Below the pieces are notes generated by a model. The model was not told the origin of the DNA, did no database searches, and saw nothing but the letters and a program-made list of their open reading frames with translations. Positions 49,156 to 59,400 of a stretch of DNA of 64,000 nt are shown in pieces. The translations under genes and the position numbers were made by a program. Position 1 is the first letter of the stretch. Each line of letters opens with the position of its first letter. Source of the stretch: Lingula anatina. Taxonomy: Eukaryota; Animalia; Brachiopoda. The stretch lies in NCBI GenBank assembly GCA_051362555.1, contig CM120649.1:1798001-1862000 (forward strand), given 5' to 3'.

Positions 49156-52100
49156 ATGTCGGGATTGTTGTTCTGCCCGAGCCTTGTTCTGGCCCTGATG
49201 GCGTGCGTCTTTCTCAGTCAAACTAAGCCGAGTCAAACCGGTAAGTGTATAGAGACCAACTCGACATCCAAGTTCATGTACAATATCATGCTAAGCAAGC
49301 ATTCAGCAGCTACTATTATAATGGTCTTTGTTATGACAAGGCTTTGGGGATCAAACTCATGAGTTCCTGCACCAGAATGGAGCACTCTGTGTTGACACTT
49401 TATAAACCATTTAGGCATGGGCCAGGCACAATAGCCATGACAGTGTGAATACGAAAAACTGTGCATGGAATATCTAATCAAATTGTATGAATTTCAAAAA
49501 ATCTAACTATATGTGTGAAATTATAAAACATGCCTGCCTTTTATATTGCCTTGCGACATCTATTTTAAGACGAATGCAAGAATGACAGTTGCTATAATGG
49601 TGGGCTTTGCGTAGAAAATCCTGACGAGCCGTCTGGCTTCCAGTGCAAGTGCATCCCTTACTTTGTCGGAGAGAGATGCGAATTCAGTAAGCAATATCTT
49701 TGTTACAGTTACTGTCGTCCTTTGTGAACAACAGGGTATAGTTCTGTACAGTAAAATATTAGACAACATGTTAACTATTGCCACAGTTGACAGCATATTG
49801 GCAGCACATATGTTTTATTTAACACAGTTTATCCATTATCAGTGTGTCTTTTAAATATGTAAGAATTTTATTTATTTATTTATTTTAATTTTTTTACTGC
49901 AAAACCGTGTCATAGTGTGGGTGGTCCAGTGTTAACAAACTATTGACAACATTTAGTTTAAGTGTTTTTTTATTCTGAAGAGTGAGGGAAATAAACGCTG
50001 ATCAAAAGTGCACAAAAAGTGTCAGGTGGACATTTTGTACAAAATTAATTCCATAGATATTAGTTACCCTGCCTTAGTAAAATGCTCAAAATATACGAAT
50101 TGAAATATCTCAACTGAAAGAGCATGCGTATCATTTTTAAACCTTAATTACAATATCCTCATTTCAGATGATTGCGACAAGAATGGCTGCTGGAATGGCG
50201 GAACCTGTACAGCTTTTATTGTAAATTTCCAGCCGTGGTGTATTTGTCCCAAGGGTTATTTTGGAACATTGTGCCAAACAGGTAAGCCGTGTCTTTCTGA
50301 TACTGCACATACATGTATTGTGTATCTCAGTATTGAACTAGAAAAACACTCCGCAGACATCCGCCAAGGCAGCGATTTTTTATTATTATTGATTATTGAT
50401 TGATTATTGATCCGGATCACCACCAAATTAATCATCTCTTCATTGGCCCACTTCTGACAGTTCCTGAAAATTTCATCAAAAGTGATCCATAACTTTCTGA
50501 CTTATGTTGATGACAGACAAACAAAACAAACAGACAAACAGGGGTGAAAACATAACCCCCTTAGCGGAGGTAAAGATAACAACGATTAGCTCTAAGTTGT
50601 GAAGCATTCAGCAAAAGAAATTACACAATATATTTACTAGCGCAAAAATTGATGCCTGAAGATAGTAACCAGAACCAGTAATAGTATTCTCTATAGACTG
50701 ATATCAAGCCATATGGCTCTACATGTAGATCTCTTCTTAGGTGGACGTTATGAAAACACGTCATGAAAAAACGTCCATTAATACGGTTTAAATTTTTCTT
50801 TTGAGACGAGTGCCAACGTACATTATTTTTTTTTTTTCAGCCCAATGTGGGGAAAACGCACACTGCTATTTCAATCTGCTTTATCTTCCATTGCCCGAGA
50901 ATAAAAACAACTGCAATTCAGTACATCACCAATATTGTGTTTGTAATGACGGTTACAGCGGGGATGGATTTAACTGCACTGGTAAGTCTTACACCCCATT
51001 TCCATAGATTAGATCGACCTACTTTAGATCGACCTAACTCCCTGGGGATTCACGCTAAATAGCTGTCAACCGGGCGGACACGAAAGTTAATTACCTAGCT
51101 TGTAGTAGGCGGGACGGACATTTAAGTCGGATTATCTGAAAGTAATCTAGTGAGACTCCCCGCGGGGATAGATCGATCTAAAATCTATGGGAATAGAGCC
51201 TAAGGTCCTAGGTTGCATTCAGAACAGTGGACTCACTAGTCTGCCGGTCAAATGTGGTCGACACACTTGAATACTTCTCTCTAATCTATTCAGTATCTAT
51301 TAGTTTGATTAGAAGGTCGCGTTATATGACCCCTAGACTAGTTAATCCGCCCTTCTCATTGAACAGTTTTATTGGTATACCATAAGTTAGCTGAAACCAT
51401 AACGTGAAAAGAATTGAGAATCGACTCTCCCCCCCCCCCCCCCCACACACACACATGGACAGCCCAATCTACAATTTTACAAAAACCCTAAGGGCTCATG
51501 CACACCCCTAGTGATAGGTCATAGGTCTACCAAATCCCTAAAGTTTGAACTTTCTTACTCTAATGATCCAGGAAGAGAAAGCAGAAATTACGACGTAGTA
51601 AAAGAAAAAAATAGTATCAATCAACCCCCTGGGTCAGTCTAATCCCAATTAATACTAAAATTCCAATGGTATAATTTACAATGTAAAAGGAATTGAGAAT
51701 CAGAAGCGACGTCTTTTGTCTATAATAACAAATAATCAATTTTGTCACGTGCAACGTTGTTTTGTCACCGATTACTGTTCAACATCATGATAAGCCTGAT
51801 AAAAATCGCGAAATCTAACAAATGTCAGTCTAACCTTGACCGTAACACTTTAAGGCCATTGTGGCTAATTAAATCGACTTATCATAGTCAGCAATCAGAT
51901 TTTAGCAGACTAAACTTAGCCCATTGAGATATTTATTTATTTGTTTATTTATTTATTTTCCCCGCTCATTGGTGACAAAAGTCAAAAATATATTTTCCAG
52001 ACCATCATATTTTTTATGTTTTTGAGAGGATTTTTATTGTTTTTAATTGGCAAAATGGTAGATTGAAAAAAAAACATGCACTGTGTTATGATGATCAAAA

Positions 52101-53348
52101 ACCTTTGAGTTACCTTAGAGTGCTAATAGGTAAGATTTTTTTGCGCCAGAAATCTCACACAATGTTAATGAAAACCACTTAAACTAGGTCGACTCTTTAC
52201 AATATGGGAAGTGCGGGGATGTGTGATGGCTACCCATTGACGCCATCTAGTTGTGTATGAAGCACGTCCCAGATAATTTGCTTTTTCTTTGGAGAGAATG
52301 ATAGCCAATTCACGAAGGTATTTTTTGAGAGTGAGAAAAAAAGGGCGAGTCCAAGAGTCTTAACAAACGATAATAACACTCTAGCCAGTTGTAATATAGC
52401 ATCTTATTGATAGAGTTTTTTTTTCCAATTTCTAGTTTTGTTTATAAAAAATACATTAAGAAATTTGACGTGAGATGCCTATACAACGGAGTGTAATCAA
52501 ACACTTGAGTAAAGGGCTATACATGTATGCATTACATTGAAATATTTACATAGCATACAAGCTTTATGTAAGTCTGTTTATTTGATATGGAAATAGGTAA
52601 AAGTACTAGAAACGTCAAAAGTTACTAGGAGCTCTAAAATAACATTGTTTATCGGCTTGGCAGTTGGATCATAAAAATAATAATAATAAAAATTGTCAAA
52701 CACAAGCCCAAAAATTCTGACTATATGTGAGATTAACGGCCGTAACTCCAATTCTTTTATTTTTTCTTGAGACAGGTAGACAATATAAGGTAAGGATAAG
52801 TGAACACAGAAAACCAGAGGCTGTATATAGGCAATAGGCCTACCAGCTCTGCCATTTCTATAAACATGTAATATACACCGGCCACAGTACTGACTGGAAT
52901 TCAACCAATTTCCTTGAATCCGAGTCGTCTAATACCATATGTAAGATACTAAGGACTATCAACAACAGCAATCACCAGCCACCAATTTCCTTGAATCCGA
53001 GTCGTCTAATACCATATGTAAGATACTAAGGACTATCAACAACAGCAATCACCAGCCACCCATAAATAGGTCGATCTACCTGACATTTATAAGAGTGCCA
53101 GGGCCGCTATACCACCTATTGGTCACTGAGTATCAACATTTACACACGACGTCATTCCGTAAGAGCCTACGTCCAGGTTGGCCAAAAGCTAACGGCATTA
53201 AAGTTTTCTCGGCTTGTGTTTGATATTTTTTTTCTTTATGGCTGAATCAATGACTTATTACTGAATGCACCAACATGTGCTATAATAATAAAAAAGGGTC
53301 AAGGTGTTCATAAGATACATTTATTTTCTTTCAGAATCGACGAAGTAA
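49156..53348 (+). CDS. Copy 5: secreted protein SP-A-B-C, 156 aa predicted (exons 49156-49240, 49570-49686, 50168-50281, 50841-50981, 53335-53348)
   Basis: MSGLLFCPSLVLALMACVFLSQTKPSQT; A DECKNDSCYNGGLCVENPDEPSGFQCKCIPYFVGERCEF (weaker AAG acceptor); B DCDKNGCWNGGTCTAFIVNFQPWCICPKGYFGTLCQT; C QCGENAHCYFNLLYLPLPENKNNCNSVHHQYCVCNDGYSGDGFNCT; ESTK*. An in-frame upstream ATG exists at 49117. Confidence 0.83.
50337..50572 (-). mobile_element. Helentron-associated (HINE/DINE-1-like) element
   Basis: Minus strand reads ttacctccgctaagggggttatgttttcacc, a gtct/gttt microrepeat, subterminal inverted ccttggcgga and a ctagtt end; inserted in an A run with no TSD (empty site cagtattgaaagataa at about 38555). 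Confidence 0.7.
50992..51200. mobile_element. MITE W copy (interior inverted relative to 20428), 10 nt past the exon C donor
   Basis: TTA/TAA flanks; homology to 20428-20647. Confidence 0.7.
52696..53223 (+). mobile_element. Penelope-like remnant in the last intron of copy 5
   Basis: Homologous to 41088-41570 including the inverted ends; hammerhead core degenerate. Confidence 0.5.
52904..53057. repeat. Perfect 77-bp tandem duplication
   Basis: accaatttccttgaatccgag..caatcaccagcc at 52904-52980 and 52981-53057. Confidence 0.95.
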
Positions 53349-54265
53349 ACAACCAGAAAATTAAATAAATAAAATAGGCAAGAGAGGATACACAGTTAAT
53401 CGATAAATTTCAGAATCAAATATACAATACATATATTCATTTGGACATTCATTGAAAGTTATATCTGAATTAATATCAATTGAAAATAAAATATGTTGGG
53501 CATTGCATTTGGTTCTTTTTCGTGCTCCACAGTTTTTATCTCTTTTGTTTTGCTATTTAGGGCCCTCAACATAAAAGCCTAAGTCGTATTTAGTTAAAGT
53601 AAGAACAGAAATTTACTTAATCGGTTAAGATAGTAAGACACCTTACCAAAATCGTATTATTCCACTTTTGTTAAACTGTTTTGACAGGATTTAAGATAAT
53701 TTCCATTTTAGATAGTGAGACACGTTACCGAAATCAATTAACATAAAACCTACATGTTACGGGCTGAATACAAGTTCCAAAGTAATCTGAAGAACAGCAT
53801 ATCAATCAAAAATTATTTTGGAAAAAATAACAATCGGCAAGATGTAAAACCACGTCTTCATTCGGATGATTGTGTCTTTTGTTACTGCATCCGTCTATAT
53901 TCTGCAATTTTGTCATTGATCAAATGTAAAAGTTAACATATTATTTTGATTTGGTTCGTAGAAAGACATGGTCGCCAAACAGTATGCTAAAACAGAGGTT
54001 GTAAACAAACATCGCTTTTCATATAGTCATATACTGGCAGTAATTTCATATTATCTAAAGTGTCATGCGGGTTTTCATTATTTTTAACTCCGACGAACTG
54101 TATCAGAGTGGCACCGAAATTAACTGGGTGATGCAAATAAAATAGTTCTCTGATGTGAGAGGATTTACTTTTGTTGAATAATTTGGCTATTGTTCCAACA
54201 GTTTATATCCGCCATCTATCTGTTTAGGCATGTACAGGACACACACGCACACACGCGCGCGCGCG

Positions 54266-54307
<42 letters not shown>

Positions 54308-54542
54308 AATTTCATCAAGTTTCTAGGTCAATATAAAAGCACGTTTCGTGCTGAGTGAAAGAAACCAATGGAAGACCCACAAATGGCGTGTGACAGTTAA
54401 CGGGTCATCGATATTCAAATAAGGAATTTCGTGATTGGATAATTTCCCGTGTGTCACGTTTTTCACGAGATACACTGAAATGCCGGTACTGGCAGTATAT
54501 GAGGAGACTTTGCATTCCCTGACCTAATTCAACGAGAAATCA

Positions 54543-56424
54543 ATGGTGGGATTGTTATTTTGCTCGAGCCTTGTTTTGGCGTTGATAGCGTGCGTCTTTC
54601 TCAGTCAATCTCAGCTGAGTCAAATTTGTAAGTGTATAGATCGAGACCAACTCGACATCCGTGTTTCTGTACAATAGCATGTTTACAGTTCTGAGATACT
54701 ATATCACTTTCCGTTTCAGCATTTTGGTCTCAACATTGCTTGTTTGCAATAATTATATGCCTGGTTTTTATAGATCTTTTCAATTCAAAGTCATTAATTC
54801 GCATCTCCCAGCGGAGAAAGCAATCCAAGCTGCGGTAAATGCGCCTCTCGTAGTTAGCATTCACAATAACCAACACTACCGCATGACCAGGTCTTTCCTT
54901 ACTTCAGTCTCAATTTGCTTAGTGCTAAGCGAGGAGACAGCAGGTACTTTTATAATGGTCTTTGGTATGTCCAGCCAACCCTGAGTGCCAGGGCACAGTA
55001 AATCTACATGTAGCTTGTTAACTAGTCATATCACTTTAATGGCCCTGAGGAACAGCCACAATGTTCGTCATCCGTCAACCAAAAAGAACTGCTTCGCATT
55101 GAATCTATAGTTAAATGTCATTAGTCCAAAATGAAACATAAAGCAGATTTAATTTTGCTTTATTTAGTTTTATTTACTTATTTAAGATGTAAATTGAAAA
55201 AAAATGTATATATTAAAAAAAGATATATGCAATGTTATATATACCTGTATATATATATATATTAGTCAAAAAGGTTGTCCCACCCACATTTCCATGTACT
55301 TTTATTTACAAATGATCAGTTCACAGGTGTAAATTGTTATAACTAGTGCTTTTTATTCCAGATACCATGTCTAACATGATTAATGGTCCAAAAATACATA
55401 ATAGTATTATAGTACACATTGTATACCATTTAGTCAAATTTATAACAAGCACCCCCTCAAATCCAATGTTTCATTGTGATTTCTACAGATGTAAAGAAAT
55501 GTCTATTTGATTGAAAATGCGTCATCAAATATCACCAAATTTACACACAATTGGCATTAGGATGTGCTCGTTAAAGGTCACGTGCCTAATAGCGTGTGCG
55601 TCTACCGCGTACTGTAATTATCTCTTGTAGATGGCGCGACAAGCCTTCAACAAGGGTAAAAATTCTGCTTCGTGGGATATTATCCCATTCTTCCTAAACA
55701 GCTTGAGGGAGTTGGTCCACGTTTTTATGGGGTTGGTTCTCCTTTGCATTGCACACTCCAATCCATGTCACAGTTGATTAGTAAGGTTATAATATCAAGG
55801 ATCAAAGATGGTGGTTTCATCCTGAGAACATTGTGTTTCTACAACAAATCACTTGCCAGGCGAGAAGAGTGAGCAAGACCACTCTCATGGTGTAAAAGTG
55901 TAAACAGGATAAACTATGCATGACCTTTCTATTCAGAATGTTTAAATTTCTACAGTTTAAAGTATATATGTGAAATGATAAAGCATGCCTAGCATTTAAA
56001 TTGCTTTGCAACATCTAGTTTCCGACGGATGCGACCGTGACAGTTGCTATCATAATGGGCAATGTGAAGATAATGCCGACGAACCGCTTGGCTTCAAGTG
56101 CTTTTGACGCGATGACTTTTTCGGCGAGAGATGCGAATTGAGTAAGCAATGCCTTTGTGACACTTACTATCGTCCTTTGTGGATAACGTACATTTTATCC
56201 CCGCACTTTTGGGACAAAAGTCGGGGATCATGTTATCCCGCCCGTCTGTGCGTCAGTGCGTCCGGGCGTCTATGTGTTAGTGGCCAAAACGAAGAGTTAT
56301 TGTCCCTTTATGGAACAACATCAATAATTTAAAATATCTGTGTGTTGACCTGTATCCGGGGGTGGATGTTTCTGTTGTTTCATATAAGTGAAGGACATTT
56401 AAAACTTGCTTATATTTCAATCCA

Positions 56425-56462
<38 letters not shown>

Positions 56463-59400
56463 TGAAACCTCCAAATTGATATATAAGCAATAGCTTTATG
56501 GGGCAGAAAAAAAAACATCACTAACATTAGCAGTGTCATTACATCTTATACATATGTCATTATCTAATCATTTTTCATTTATCATTTATCTAAAACATTA
56601 TTCATGTTTTATTTATCCAGATATGTGGATAGATAATTTTTCTCTTTTCTGTTTCTTAGCATATATATACCTTTATATGTATGTACCAGTGTACATACAT
56701 GTATTTTTATATTTATAAAGAATTTTTTTTTACATGTTCATTTTAAATACCTTTGGATGAAGCAGTGATGTGTGTGTATGTGTGGTAAGTGGTCCCTAGG
56801 GGTGAGCTGCTCTTGATAATATGGTGAAGTGCGGGGATATGCGATGGTTACCCATCGACACCATCTACAGGGTTACCACTTAATATGGAATATTTTTTAT
56901 CATTGTTATTTTTGAGTGCTGATTAAATTTTTTTGGCTTGAGTCATTAAAAAAGTATGTCACTGAGTGATAATAACATCCAGTCTTCTGTTGTGAGATAT
57001 TTTGGTCAATAATATTAAATCTGACATAAGATGTCATTCAAAAGAAAGGAACACCCCCAGAAAACCATAACAACATTTTGATGTCAGTATAAACTTTAAG
57101 ATAAGATATTAAAGAAAATGATAGCCTACGGACAGTGATATGTTACACAGTCAAAGAACTCACTACAGTAAATCATGAAAAGTCAGTAATTGCGGGTATG
57201 ACCTCCAGCAGCCGCTTGCAGCGCCCTCATCCTACATGACATATCCTGTGACACGTTTTTTAGAGTTTGGGTGGGGATATCATCCCACGCAGTGATATTT
57301 GCCTGTCGCAGTTCATCACTATTTACCGGCCGAGGACCCTAGCTATTAATTCTGTGAGTTACTTCCGCCCACAGATTTTCAATTGGGTTCATATCTGGAT
57401 AGTTTGCAGGCCAGGGCAGTTGCTGAACCCATTGGTTTTGAAGAAAAACAGTGATTCTGCGGCCTCGATGTGGGGTTGCCCAGTCGTCCTGGTACACAAA
57501 GTTGTTCCTGAAGATGAATCTTACCAATCGAAGCATTGTTTGCTGTAGAATGTCTCTGTAGGGATCCTGGATGAGGTTGCCTTCAGAAAAACCAGCTGGT
57601 TCTGGGCACCGACATGAAATACTCCCCAAAACAGAGACGTTACCATCCCCTGCTTGCACCCTAGGCAGTACACAATCATTGTTTTATGCCCCTCGTACAC
57701 GTCGGTGGACACGGATTCGACGATCAACCCTAAAAAATCCATATCTGGCCTTATCACTGAAAACAACGTGATTCCAGTGTTTTGGCTGCAACTGCACGTG
57801 GTCCCCAGCCCTTTGCAGACGTCGCTGTATATGACCTGCTGTTAACAGTGGTTTCCCTACTGGCCTTCGTGCATAATAACCGGCTTGCAGAAATCTCTTG
57901 TTCACGTGGGATCTTGAAACGGGCGTTTGAATGATATTCTGCCTCTCTTTTCTGAGGACACTGGTTGTCTTTGTACGACCAGCACGGCGTCCACTAAGGA
58001 GAAGGCGATCCTGTCTTCTTGGTGTGATACGCGGACACCCTGGTCGAGGTATTGGAGTAGGTGCCCCTGTAGCAGCATTTCTTTGGCGGACTTCACAAAC
58101 GGTTCCTGATAAATGTTGAATTACCTGGCAATGGCTGTCCGTTTCTGGCCATTTTCTCTGAGAGCAAGAATCCCATAGTAAGCTGCGTTGCTTTGCTGTC
58201 GTACCATATCTTCACTAAGGTACCTGACAAGTTTCAGAGCGATCCCTTTGTTGCTTCTCTAAACACGCTCCAAAGATTGACCAAACCCATGCGTTTTTAT
58301 ACAAGGGCAGAAATTGCCGAAAAGACCACCCCTCACATTTCTGACCACAGAACATGCAACTGCATGCATCAATTGTTTCGAGAGTTGTGTGGTAATTAGG
58401 TAACACATCTGGCTACACATGGAGTGACACCTCAGCTTTGGATTTAAAGTAGTTAGAGAGAAATTAAATATTTTGTAGAAAATTTATTCGCCAAAAAATA
58501 ATATTCCATATTAAGTGGTAACCCTGTAGTTTTCTTTGTTTTCAGCAAAATGTGGGGTAAATGCTTACTGCGCATTCAGGAGTAGTCCATTATATGAGAA
58601 CAATGACAAGTGCTATTCACTATTTGATCAACATTGTGTTTGCAACGATGGTTACAGCGGGGATGGATTTAACTGCACCGGTAAGTCAAATGTGGCCAAC
58701 CCACTTAAAATCTTCAAGTATTCAGTCGAGGGCGAGTGCCAATGTACATTTTTTTTTTAAATTGGTTTTCAGCACAATGTGGGGAAAATGCTCACTGTGC
58801 TGACACGTCACGTAATCGTCCAGTGCCTGAGAACAATGACAACTGCAATTCTTTATATGACCAACATTGTCTTTGCAACGAGGGTTACAGCGGGGATGGA
58901 TTCAAATGCTTCGGTAAGTCTTGGGTCGCATTCAGAACAGTGGACTAACTAGTCCTCGGGTCAAATACATGGCCTACTCACTTGAATACTTCCCCCTAAT
59001 CCATCAGTCTATATATAAGTGGATTTGACTGTCCAACCCCAAAGTGTAGTCTTGGGTCGCATTCAGAACAGAGGACGTCCTTTGTGGATAACAGGAAATA
59101 GTTATACACAGCCAAATGTTAGACAGCATGTTTACTATTGCAACAATACCAGCAGATATGTTTCATTTACAGGTAATACAATTTACCCATTAGCAATGGG
59201 TCTCCTTCTATATGTCAGAGTTTTTATTCATTTATTTTAATTTTTTCTGCGAAATGAACAGTATGTAATTTTCGTTTGATGGCGTGGGTGGTCCAATGTT
59301 CACACCCTAATCTCATCATCAACATCTTGTTCTGAACAGGACAAAAAAAAGGCTGAGCAAAAGTACACAAAACAGTGTCAGGTGGAAATTCTGTACAAAA

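Noticed and set aside
55575-55930. Possible Kolobok-like element (aaaggtcacgtgc ... gcatgaccttt)
   Set aside because: Only a short imperfect inverted match, with TTAA on one side only; insufficient support.
46177-58526. Functional Tc1 transposase in the two full-length copies
   Set aside because: Motifs are scattered over several frames with stops; not autonomous.
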